Positions 8,890 through 17,253 of a DNA stretch of 45,119 bases are shown here, in pieces; the stretch's first letter is position 1, and each line of letters starts with the position of its first letter. Under the pieces are notes generated by a model. That model saw only the letters and a list, made by a program, of their open reading frames with translations. It ran no database searches and was not told the DNA's origin. The stretch is taken from sequence record OZ035746.1; one strand, written 5' to 3'. The position numbers and the translations under genes are program-made. Origin of the DNA: Dhillonvirus LM40P1.

Positions 8890-9480
8890 GTGGCAGAACA
8901 GTATTCTTTCGCGGCTACGATCGCAACGTGGGTAGAGAAGACGAAAGAGAACAACGATAAGGCGGTGCGGGCGGTGGGTATGCAAATCCTCGGTCGCCTT
9001 ATCGAGATCTCGCCAGTTGGCGACCCGAAGCGCTGGAAGATTAACCGCGCTTTCGCCCTTGCGCGGGAACACGCTAACAGAGTTAACGCCGCACAGCGCA
9101 AGAAGAACGGCGGCAAACTGAAGCGAGGCCAGAAGAAGCACGCAAGCGTACTGGTTAGCTTCACGACGAAGAAAGGGCAGGTGACTTTCCGCCAGCGTGG
9201 CTGGGCAGCTAAGAATTACACCGGCGGGCGCTTCCGGGGAAACTGGCAGGTGTCATTTGATCGCCCGGCTACCGGTACAGTTGACCGCATCGACAAGGCG
9301 GGGGCCGCCACACTTGCCGCAGGGCGTGAGATTCTGGTGCAGTATGATTCGGACACGTACGGGTCGATCTGGTTTACTAACAATGTGCCGTATGCGCAGC
9401 GACTGGAGTACGGCTGGAGTAAACAAGCGCCCGCGGGCATCGTCCGCGTAGTGGCGGCAGAAATTAATTCGAAGGTGTGA
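8890..9480 (+). CDS. head-tail joining protein (HK97 gp10-like), putative
   Basis: GTG start with AAGGGG RBS; C-terminal YAQRLEYGW motif resembling the HK97 gp10 family. Confidence 0.5.
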   Translation: MAEQYSFAATIATWVEKTKENNDKAVRAVGMQILGRLIEISPVGDPKRWKINRAFALAREHANRVNAAQRKKNGGKLKRGQKKHASVLVSFTTKKGQVTFRQRGWAAKNYTGGRFRGNWQVSFDRPATGTVDRIDKAGAATLAAGREILVQYDSDTYGSIWFTNNVPYAQRLEYGWSKQAPAGIVRVVAAEINSKV

Positions 9481-9481
9481 T

Positions 9482-9904
9482 ATGAGCAATACTAAAATCC
9501 GGAAGGCGCTGAATAGCGTAGTGGAAGAGTTAGCCGCGGAATTGCAGACGGGTACGCGCATTATCCGCATCAACTGGGAGAATATTGCGGGCGACCACGC
9601 AGACGGCAACGGCATCTACCTAGAGCCGTACCTGCTACCGGCCCCGACCCAGTTTGTTGGCCTACAGCAGAAGGGACGGATCTACGCGGGCGTGTATCAG
9701 GTTGCCGTAGTGTTCCCCGCGGACACGGGCACGCAGTATGCCAGCGAACTGGCGGACACCATTGCCGAGTCGCCAAAGTGGCAGAACGTGAAAATTGACG
9801 GCATGACGTTCCAGTTACAAGATGCACCGTACACCAGTCCGGTGACTGAAGATATTGACGCGGCGCGCATTGTAATCACGGTAATGTACCACGGTTGCGC
9901 CTGA
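9482..9904 (+). CDS. tail completion / neck protein (putative)
   Basis: 140-aa ORF overlapping the previous stop, directly upstream of the major tail gene. Confidence 0.4.
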   Translation: MSNTKIRKALNSVVEELAAELQTGTRIIRINWENIAGDHADGNGIYLEPYLLPAPTQFVGLQQKGRIYAGVYQVAVVFPADTGTQYASELADTIAESPKWQNVKIDGMTFQLQDAPYTSPVTEDIDAARIVITVMYHGCA

Positions 9905-9965
9905 TTTGGCGCAATTCAGCGTGTGCGGTATCATTAATCGGAATAACTAAACAGGAGCATTCATT

Positions 9966-10691
9966 ATGGGTTATCAACTTCCTAACGGGTCCAGCGTCCA
10001 AATCGGGTCCGTACAGGGTGCAGGCATCGCAGTTACGGCAGCGTCGAACGCGGCGGCATCTATCAGCGACCTGACTCAAGGTTGCGTAATCACCTGCGCC
10101 GCTTCACATGGTCTGGCGGTTGGCGACGTGGTTATGTTCACGAAATCCCCGTGGGTCCGTGCGCTTAACCAGGCTTTCATCGTGGGTAAAGTAGACATCA
10201 ACGACGTGACGCTGGCGCGCTTCGACACGTCTGATACGACTAAGTATCCGAACGGTGCGTTCCAGGCAGGCACACCGGGTGAGGTCGTGAAGATTTCGAG
10301 CTTTATCGACTTCCCGTTTATCACCAACGTTGCCGTGTCCGGTGGCGACCAGCAGACGACGACCTTCCAGCCGTTGCAGGTGAATACCGCGATCAGTCTG
10401 AACACCACGAAAAACCCGTTGGTACAGACCTATACCTTCACCCACGACGAAGAAGACCCGATCCGTCCGATTCTGGAAGACCTGGACGACACGCAGAAGA
10501 CAACGGTAATTAAGTTCACTAACCCGGCAGCGTCCAGCGGTAGAGGTGAAATCCGTATCTATGCGGCTAAGGTGTCCTTCCAGAAGATTCCGTCTGCGGA
10601 AGTAAACAACGTCGAAACGGTACAATCCACTCTGACTATGCAGTCGGAAATGATGATTTACCGCAAAGACCTTGTTGAAGCCTTATCCTGA
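9966..10691 (+). CDS. major tail protein (putative)
   Basis: 241-aa ORF with AGGAG RBS, beta-rich, followed by a strong terminator and then the chaperone and tape-measure genes. Confidence 0.6.
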   Translation: MGYQLPNGSSVQIGSVQGAGIAVTAASNAAASISDLTQGCVITCAASHGLAVGDVVMFTKSPWVRALNQAFIVGKVDINDVTLARFDTSDTTKYPNGAFQAGTPGEVVKISSFIDFPFITNVAVSGGDQQTTTFQPLQVNTAISLNTTKNPLVQTYTFTHDEEDPIRPILEDLDDTQKTTVIKFTNPAASSGRGEIRIYAAKVSFQKIPSAEVNNVETVQSTLTMQSEMMIYRKDLVEALS

Positions 10692-10723
10692 TTTGGTCGG
10701 GTAAATGGCGAGTGTTAACATTG

Positions 10724-10743
10724 GGGGCGTAAGCCCCTTTTTT
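10724..10743 (+). terminator. intrinsic terminator after major tail gene
   Basis: GGGGC-GTAA-GCCCC hairpin followed by TTTTTT. Confidence 0.7.
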
Positions 10744-10758
10744 AATGGAGAGAATATC

Positions 10759-11121
10759 ATGGCTAAACAATCCCTTTTCACCCTCGACCCAAAACCGACT
10801 TTCAAGCTGCCGATTGAAATCCCGCGTCCGGGCGAGAAAGAGCCGGGTAAGCTGACTTTCACCGTCCGCCACCGTCCGATCGACGAGTTCTCGCAGACCA
10901 TGCAGGAGACTGAACGCAAGCTGTCAGAGTATGACCAGAATGACCCGGACGGCTTTAACGTTATGGTCGAGGCCATCATGCATGTGGCTGAAGGCTGGAA
11001 TCTGCCGGATGAGTTCACTGAAGAGAACGTACGCCGCCTGGTGGTGAACTATCCGCGTGCGTTCGGCGTGTTCCATACGTCGTACTATCTCGAATTGATG
11101 GGCTTGCGTGAAAAAAACTAA
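10759..11121 (+). CDS. tail assembly chaperone (gpG-like)
   Basis: ORF 10705..11121; ATG 10759 with GGAGAG RBS; ends at a slippery site immediately upstream of the tape-measure gene. Confidence 0.6.
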   Translation: MAKQSLFTLDPKPTFKLPIEIPRPGEKEPGKLTFTVRHRPIDEFSQTMQETERKLSEYDQNDPDGFNVMVEAIMHVAEGWNLPDEFTEENVRRLVVNYPRAFGVFHTSYYLELMGLREKN

Positions 11122-11435
11122 TTGAGGCGGCGCGACGCTTCTATGGTCCGCCGCCACCGTCCGAAGACCTTGCCGCTAGTTTATGGGGTGCGGCCCCCGA
11201 AGATATTTGTCCGCCAGTTGCATTATGGCCTGATAACGTACAGGTCGTTGCCGTTTTCACTGACTGCTCAACGCAGTGGCGCACCGGTTTTAACGGCGCA
11301 TACGGCATCGACTACGGCGTGCTGGAATGGCTATTTAAAATGCACGGCATCGAAAATGAGAAGCGCGCTTTTAAAGATATCAAGTTAATGGAGCGTATTG
11401 CACTCGACGAAATTGCAGCACAACAGGCCGGGTAA
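10759..11435 (+). CDS. tail assembly chaperone G-T fusion by -1 programmed frameshift
   Basis: Slippery heptamer A AAA AAC at 11112-11118; the -1 frame is open from 11118 to TAA 11433-11435 and encodes a plausible ~105-aa extension (KKLIEAARRFYGPPPPSEDLAASLWGAAPEDICPP...). This frame has no ATG, so the ORF track missed it. Confidence 0.5.
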
Positions 11436-11448
11436 TTCCGGCCTTTTT
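11426..11448 (+). terminator. intrinsic terminator after the G/GT gene
   Basis: GGCCGG-gTAATT-CCGGCC hairpin (the GT stop codon lies in the loop) followed by TTTTT. Confidence 0.6.
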
Positions 11449-11451
11449 CAT

Positions 11452-11771
11452 AGCGGGACAGCGGGACGTCCCGTTTTTATCCCGCTGTCCCTCCCAGCCA
11501 AAAACTGCATACCTATTCAGAAATACTGCATAAAACCAAAACGGGACAAAAACGGGACAAGCAGGACGTCCCGCCTCAAAAGTGCATATCTATGCAGTTT
11601 TCGTGCATAAAACGAACGGGACAAAAACGGGACAAATTGCAAGCGGGACAGAGCGGGACGTCCCGCCGTCCCTGCCAGAGCTGCCGCGGGTTTCAGCCGA
11701 TCGGGACAGGCGGGACAAAGCCCAGTCTTTCAGACTAGACGGGGGTCAATGGCCCCCTCCGTCTGAGACTG
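11452..11771. repeat. non-coding repeat module, copy A (about 1.5 units): CGGGACA(A) repeats, GGGACGTCCC palindromes, TGCATAAAAC boxes, long imperfect hairpin
   Basis: About 11 CGGGAC(A/G) copies, several in ACGGGACAAAAACGGGACAA doublets at 10-bp phase; GGGACGTCCCG at 11463, 11564, 11655; hairpin-forming CAGTCTTTCAGACTAGACGGGGG...GCCCCCTCCGTCTGAGACTG at 11722-11771. The 11603-11771 part is roughly 80% identical to 40066-40244. Confidence 0.7.
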
Positions 11772-11838
11772 AATAAGGTTGGTTGCAAAATGACTGATAC
11801 AATACAAACGGCAACTTGCATAAAAAGGGGACTGCATA

Positions 11839-14481
11839 ATGGCAGATCAAGCGGCAGGCATCACGCTAAAGGCGGATGTTGCACAAATCAGAACGGCGAA
11901 TACTGTGCTTGATTCATTCGCACAGAAATCCGAGAACACAGAAAACAAGGTTAAGAAATTAAACAACACCCTCGGCAACTCTAAAAAGGTGACGAGTGAT
12001 GCCGCTGGCGGAATGGAAAAGCTGGCGAACGAATCGCATCGAGCAGCCGATGGCATGACGAAACAGGAGCGACTCGCCAACCGGTTAGGCATGTCGACCA
12101 AAAACCTGGGCTTTGCCTCGCGTAACGCCGCATTCCAGTTACAGGATATAGCGGTTACGCTTGAGATGGGTATGCCGGTGCACCGCGTCATGCTTCAGCA
12201 GTTACCACAGCTTACTGGGGCGTTCGGTGGGTTTGGTAACACGCTGCGTTATGTTGCTGGCTTCCTCGGCCCAGTAGGGATCGGAATTGCAGCACTAACG
12301 GCAACGTTAGGCGTAGGGGTGGCAATTACGTCACGTGCCGAAAACCAGGTAGCAGCGCTTAACAAGACGCTGGCGCTATCCGGTAACATTTCCGGCCTAA
12401 CTGCAAACCAGATCCTGGTGCTATCCGAGAACGCCGAGCGCATGGGCGGGTCGTTCCGCAAGACGCGTGACACAATCCAGGCGCTGGCGGCGGCGGGTGT
12501 GAAAGCGGGTGCAGACTTCGGCACGCTGGCGAAAGTGGTGAATGATTTTGCGAAGGCGTCCAGCCAGCCGATCGAGGATGTGGTCGCGGCGGTGGCGAAG
12601 CTGTCTACCGACCCGGTAGGTGGCTTGCGAGCATTGGCTGATAAGTATCACGTCGTAAACGAAGCGCAGATCCAGCAGGTGCAGTCACTAGTGACGGCTG
12701 GTCGCGAAACCGAAGCGGTGGCGCTGGCTAACAAAACAGCCGCAGCGTCGTTTACCACTATGACCAATGAGATCAAGTCCAACATGGGTACGCTTGAGCG
12801 GTCGATGAACGTCGTTACATCGGCAGCTAAATCTATGTGGGATGCCATCCTGGATGTTGGACGCGCGCAGTCCTCGAATGAGTCAGAGATGAAAGCGCGT
12901 GAATCATTGCAGCGACTGACCACGGCTTACTATGCCGAGATGAAAGCGGTAAACGCTGCCGGTGGGGTGATGACCGAAGCGCAGAAAGCGCGTATTAACA
13001 TGCTTTACAGCGAACTGGTCGCCCAGGAGAAGGTGGTGGCGTCGCTCACCCTGCGCAACCGTGCCGAGCGGGACAACGCCAGCGCCGCGGACGCAGCAGC
13101 AAAGGCGAACGAAGAGGCAAACCGCACCGCCCGCGACCGCGCTGCGTTTGAGAAGGAGTACGCAACCAACGCGAAGAGGCGCGCCGACGAGATCGCCCGC
13201 CTCAATTTGCTTAATAAGCGCGGCGTGATTGACGAGAAAGAGCTTGCCGAGGCGGTGAAGCAGGTAAACGAGCGTTACAAAGACCCCGCCCCGAAGAAGG
13301 CCGCCGCTGTTCGAGTCGATGCCGGGCTGAAAATGCTGGAAGTAGCACGGAGCGAACTGGCACAGCTTCGTGAGTCTGGAAAGCAGATCGAAGCCAACTC
13401 CTCGACGCAGACCCGAACGCAACGCGCGCAAGCGGCCCTGAACAAGCTGATCGCGGATAATGAGCAGTTAATCGCCGCAAGCAAAGAAAGAGCACTAACG
13501 GCAGCCGAAAAGCAGCAGATGGTCGAATTCGGACGCGTGAAGGAAGTACGCGAGCAGATCGTCGAAGAAGCCAAATTGCTGGACGCGAAAGAGAAGCAGG
13601 TCAAGGCGCACGCGCAGATCGACGCCTTCGTTAAGAACCAGAACGCCGAGCTAAAAGCCACCGCGGCGGGCTATGCGCTTTCCACTCGCGAAGCGGCAAA
13701 CCTGCGTGAAGAATTGCAGCTAATTGACCGCCTGAAGCGGGTGGGCGCTAGTGATACCGATATTGATCTGGCGGTGTCTAAACTGCGCGAAGTGCAGGAA
13801 GCACAGACCGGTGCTAACGCCTCACTATGGGATGGATTCAGCCGTGGGCTTAAGGATAGCGTGGATGAAATGGGTAACGGCTATACGCAGATGGTATCGG
13901 CAACGAAATTTACATTCGGCGCTATGATGGACACGATGAATGAATTTTTCGAGACTGGTAAATTCAACGCGAAGGAAATGATTAAATCCATCCTGAGCGA
14001 ATTTATCAAGCTGGCTACCTCGCAGGCGTTCAAGTCCGTAATCAACGCATTCGGCGGTGACGGTGGGAAGAATGGTCTGTTCGGGGCAATCTTCTCCGGT
14101 CTGACGAAGAATGCCGACGGCGGAGCGTACGCTGGCGGCAACCTGTCCGCATATTCCGGTCAGATCGTAAGCCAGCCAACCTTTTTCAATTACGGCGTTA
14201 AGGCGTTCGCTAACGGCGCGGGATTGATGGGTGAGGCTGGGCCGGAGGCCATCATGCCGCTGAAGCGCGGGCCGGACGGTAAACTGGGCGTTGCCGCAAG
14301 TGGGGCTGGTGGTGGTATCGTCGTGACAACGAACGTGAACATGGGTACAGGGCAGGCTGACACCAGCGTTAAAGGGACCGACCCGCGAATGGGGCAGGTA
14401 TTCGGCAAGCAGATCACGGAAGCGGTTAAGGCCGAAATCGTGAAAGCGACTAAACCAGGTGGAGTACTTTACAAACGATGA
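11839..14481 (+). CDS. tail tape measure protein
   Basis: 880-aa ORF; long helical charged central region; C-terminal Gly-rich region; position between chaperone and tail-tip genes. Confidence 0.8.
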   Translation: MADQAAGITLKADVAQIRTANTVLDSFAQKSENTENKVKKLNNTLGNSKKVTSDAAGGMEKLANESHRAADGMTKQERLANRLGMSTKNLGFASRNAAFQLQDIAVTLEMGMPVHRVMLQQLPQLTGAFGGFGNTLRYVAGFLGPVGIGIAALTATLGVGVAITSRAENQVAALNKTLALSGNISGLTANQILVLSENAERMGGSFRKTRDTIQALAAAGVKAGADFGTLAKVVNDFAKASSQPIEDVVAAVAKLSTDPVGGLRALADKYHVVNEAQIQQVQSLVTAGRETEAVALANKTAAASFTTMTNEIKSNMGTLERSMNVVTSAAKSMWDAILDVGRAQSSNESEMKARESLQRLTTAYYAEMKAVNAAGGVMTEAQKARINMLYSELVAQEKVVASLTLRNRAERDNASAADAAAKANEEANRTARDRAAFEKEYATNAKRRADEIARLNLLNKRGVIDEKELAEAVKQVNERYKDPAPKKAAAVRVDAGLKMLEVARSELAQLRESGKQIEANSSTQTRTQRAQAALNKLIADNEQLIAASKERALTAAEKQQMVEFGRVKEVREQIVEEAKLLDAKEKQVKAHAQIDAFVKNQNAELKATAAGYALSTREAANLREELQLIDRLKRVGASDTDIDLAVSKLREVQEAQTGANASLWDGFSRGLKDSVDEMGNGYTQMVSATKFTFGAMMDTMNEFFETGKFNAKEMIKSILSEFIKLATSQAFKSVINAFGGDGGKNGLFGAIFSGLTKNADGGAYAGGNLSAYSGQIVSQPTFFNYGVKAFANGAGLMGEAGPEAIMPLKRGPDGKLGVAASGAGGGIVVTTNVNMGTGQADTSVKGTDPRMGQVFGKQITEAVKAEIVKATKPGGVLYKR

Positions 14482-14488
14482 TAAAATG

Positions 14489-14517
14489 GCCCTCACACAC
14501 AACGTGAGGGCTTTTTT
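14489..14517 (+). terminator. intrinsic terminator whose 3' arm contains the RBS of the next gene
   Basis: GCCCTCAC-ACACAAC-GTGAGGGC hairpin followed by TTTTTT and immediately ATG 14518; the GAGGG RBS lies in the 3' stem arm. Confidence 0.65.
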
Positions 14518-15117
14518 ATGGCACAAGGTACAATCACAGTGACGAATGGTAGTAAGACCGTCACAGGCGCGGGCACAGCGTTTTTAAGCGCATTGGGTAA
14601 GGTATTCGTGCTGGCCACCATCGACGGCAACGACTACATTGCTAAAATCGCGTCATTCAACTCTAACACTTCAATCACACTGGTGGACAATTGGCCCGGA
14701 CCGACTAAATCCGGCGCTGCATACGACTTGATTGAGGCGCACGACCAGCGGGCTAATGAGTGGCCCTACTATTGGCATATGCAATTGCAAGGCGGTGGCG
14801 ACGTGCAGTTATCATTCCGCACCGAAGAATTGCAATTTGGCAACGGGTACGGGCAGAACATCTCAGATGGGCCGAACGCCGAGACGAAACAATTCCCGAT
14901 CCAGTTTGTAGGCTTGACTAACGACAAGTGGAATAACCCTAAGCTGGTCTATAACTTCCTGCGCGCGCATTTTGTAAAGCCGTTTATTGTCACCGCGCCG
15001 GATGGGGAGAAGGGGCTTTACGTTGTAGAGCGGTCGAGCTTGTCGTACACTGACAACGGACACTATACGGCAACCGTATCAGCGACACTTAAAACAGCAA
15101 TTGGATTCGTGCAATGA
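14518..15117 (+). CDS. minor tail protein (gpM-like / distal tail), putative
   Basis: First gene after the tape measure; N-terminus MAQGTITVTNGSKTVTGAGTAF resembles the N-terminus of the tail fiber at 21998. Confidence 0.45.
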   Translation: MAQGTITVTNGSKTVTGAGTAFLSALGKVFVLATIDGNDYIAKIASFNSNTSITLVDNWPGPTKSGAAYDLIEAHDQRANEWPYYWHMQLQGGGDVQLSFRTEELQFGNGYGQNISDGPNAETKQFPIQFVGLTNDKWNNPKLVYNFLRAHFVKPFIVTAPDGEKGLYVVERSSLSYTDNGHYTATVSATLKTAIGFVQ

Positions 15118-15902
15118 ATAAACTTTACCGTGAGGCAACGCGCTTCGACCCGTCCGGGCGCGTTCGACTGATTCACATTGATGCGCAGGACGTCGATCCT
15201 GGCGACGGCGCTATCGGGGCAGGACACCACTATTTCCACTACTGCTTTATCCCGCACACCGCGGAAGATATTGCCGCTGCCGGTGGGGATGAGTCGAAGC
15301 TGAAGCCTAAATCTCTGTTCTTTGACGGACAGGAGTATGAATTTTGGCCCTTTGATTTAACCGGCCTTAATTTCTCCACCTCAACGGCGGCAGATCCGCA
15401 GCTAACTATCGTCGATATTGGCGGCGTTATCACTCGCCTGTCACTGAATCACGACCAGCTACTGGGCGCAAAGGTTGAGGTTATCGACACGTTTGCGAAG
15501 TTCCTGGACCACGGCGAAGATCCAGACCCAACGCAAAAACGCGTACAGGAGTTTTACATTGATTCGCAGGTTGGTCGCAATCCGGGTCGACAAATTACGT
15601 TTGCGCTTTCCTCGCCTGCGGATATGGAAGGGCAGGTGGTCCCGCGCCGCCAGATCATGAATATGTGCGAGTGGGCGCTTAATGGCAAATACGCCAGCGG
15701 GGACGGGTGTACGTGGAATCTGGCGGCCCCCGGCATCAAGTATTACGACGAGCGGGGCAACGAAGTCATAGCGATGAACATGGACCGCTGCGGTGGCTGT
15801 TTGTCAGACTGTTATCTTCGTTTTGGTCAGGGGCTGGCTGACCCTAAATCGGCAGTGCTGGACTTCGGCGGCTTCCCCGGATCTAAACTTATCAAGGGGT
15901 AA
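15114..15902 (+). CDS. minor tail protein L-like (Cys cluster)
   Basis: ATGA overlap with the upstream gene; C-terminal cysteine cluster (CEWALN...C...C..C) reminiscent of lambda gpL. Confidence 0.5.
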   Translation: MNKLYREATRFDPSGRVRLIHIDAQDVDPGDGAIGAGHHYFHYCFIPHTAEDIAAAGGDESKLKPKSLFFDGQEYEFWPFDLTGLNFSTSTAADPQLTIVDIGGVITRLSLNHDQLLGAKVEVIDTFAKFLDHGEDPDPTQKRVQEFYIDSQVGRNPGRQITFALSSPADMEGQVVPRRQIMNMCEWALNGKYASGDGCTWNLAAPGIKYYDERGNEVIAMNMDRCGGCLSDCYLRFGQGLADPKSAVLDFGGFPGSKLIKG

Positions 15903-15904
15903 TC

Positions 15905-16645
15905 ATGTTAACTAAGAAAGTGAGAAGTGAGATTACCGCGCATGTCGCGTCTTGTCTGCCTGAAGAGGCCTGCGGGCTTGTCGTCATGGTCGGGCGCAAG
16001 CAGGTTTTCGTACCCTGCCTGAACGTGTTCGAAGACCCCACCGGCGCGCGCACCAGGAAAGACGCATTCACTATCAGTGATATGGCATGGATGGATGCCG
16101 AAGATATGGGCGAAGTCGTACGCGTGGTGCACTCGCACCCCGGACAGCGCGAACTAACACCATCGTTAGGCGACGTCAACGGATGCAACGGCAGCGGCAT
16201 TACCTGGACCATCGTTAACGAGTTTGGCGACCTTATCGAGATAGACCCGGAAGACCCGCCGCTGGTAGGCCGCCGTTTTGTGCTGGGTATTACTGACTGC
16301 TACGGCCTCGTCATGGACTGGCACAAGAAGAATGGCGTAAACCTGCCGGACTTCCGCGTGCCGTATAACTGGTGGGAGAGCGGGGAGAATCTCTACATGG
16401 ACAACTGGTATAGCGCCGGTTTCCGTGAATGCGCTGAGAACACCCCAGGCGCAATGGTCATCATGCAGATTAGCTCCGAGGTGCCAAACCACGCAGGGAT
16501 CTACCTTCCGGGCGACCAACTGCTACACCACATCTACGGCAGCTTGTCCAGTGTTATCCCGTTCCGGGCAGGCTTTTTCCGTGAAAATGTGGTTAAATGG
16601 GTAAGACACAAAGACCTACCGGAGAAAATTGCGATATGGCAATGA
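15905..16645 (+). CDS. tail tip assembly protein K-like (MPN/JAB plus NlpC/P60-like)
   Basis: JAMM-like motif HSHPGQRELTPSLGD; position in an M-L-K-I-J-like order. Confidence 0.6.
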   Translation: MLTKKVRSEITAHVASCLPEEACGLVVMVGRKQVFVPCLNVFEDPTGARTRKDAFTISDMAWMDAEDMGEVVRVVHSHPGQRELTPSLGDVNGCNGSGITWTIVNEFGDLIEIDPEDPPLVGRRFVLGITDCYGLVMDWHKKNGVNLPDFRVPYNWWESGENLYMDNWYSAGFRECAENTPGAMVIMQISSEVPNHAGIYLPGDQLLHHIYGSLSSVIPFRAGFFRENVVKWVRHKDLPEKIAIWQ

Positions 16646-17253
16646 CCACGTTTAAATTATACGGCGTCTTAGGACGCCGTTTTGGTAAAGAGCATAAGCT
16701 GGACTGTTTCACACCAGGCGAGGGAATTACCGGTCTGTGTGTGAAATTGCCCGGCTTACAGGAATTTTTAATGTCTGCGCACCTGGACAATATGATGTTC
16801 AAAGTGCGTAAAGGAGGCCACACAATGGGAAGCACCGATGAACTGGGCGAATCCCACGGCAACCGCGTCATTACCATCGCGCCAGTTATGACGGGTGCAA
16901 AAAGCGGCTTAGGCCAATTGCTGGCTGGCGTGGCTATCGTAGTAGCCTCGTTCTATACGGGTGGTCTTGCAACTGCCGCTTTCGGAGCTTCCGCCGCCAC
17001 CGCTGCCGCGATCGGGACCGCCACATTCTCATTCGGTATGTCAATGGCGCTGGGTGGTGTTATGCAGCTACTATCACCGCAACCGAAAGGATTGCAGACA
17101 CGCCAGGATGTTGATAACAAAGCATCGTACGCGTTCGGCGGGCCAGTAAACACGACTGCGCAAGGGACCGCACTTGGTGTATTATGGGGCGAGCGTGAGA
17201 TCGGCGGCGCTATTATTTCAGCCGGTATCGTAACTGAGGATTTACACGAATGA
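16636..17253 (+). CDS. tail assembly protein I-like
   Basis: ORF 16597..17253; ATG 16636 with GGAGAAA RBS (ATG 16642 also possible); hydrophobic Gly/Ala-rich segment; stop overlaps the J start. Confidence 0.5.
   Translation: MAMTTFKLYGVLGRRFGKEHKLDCFTPGEGITGLCVKLPGLQEFLMSAHLDNMMFKVRKGGHTMGSTDELGESHGNRVITIAPVMTGAKSGLGQLLAGVAIVVASFYTGGLATAAFGASAATAAAIGTATFSFGMSMALGGVMQLLSPQPKGLQTRQDVDNKASYAFGGPVNTTAQGTALGVLWGEREIGGAIISAGIVTEDLHE

Noticed and set aside
11122-11388. ORF-track CDS (88 aa, Arg-rich) downstream of the chaperone gene
   Set aside because: It is the read-through frame after the G stop, with junk-like composition. The coding continuation is the -1 frame reached via the A AAA AAC slippery site (11118..11435).
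11452-11771. CRISPR array as an explanation for the CGGGACA repeats
   Set aside because: The repeats are short (7-10 bp), phased at about 10 bp, mixed with palindromes, and have no uniform repeat-spacer periodicity or cas genes.
11398-11776. Two plus-strand ORFs (11398..11610 and 11582..11776) inside repeat module A
   Set aside because: They are made of the CGGGACA, palindrome and hairpin repeats, have no RBS, and give low-complexity translations. The region is better explained as non-coding.
12904-14526. Long antisense ORFs inside the tape-measure gene (12904..13431 and 13825..14526, minus strand)
   Set aside because: They lie fully within an obvious long coding gene on the other strand and have biased, low-complexity translations. 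Similar antisense ORFs inside J, the primase-helicase, the polymerase and the Cas4-like gene were rejected for the same reason.
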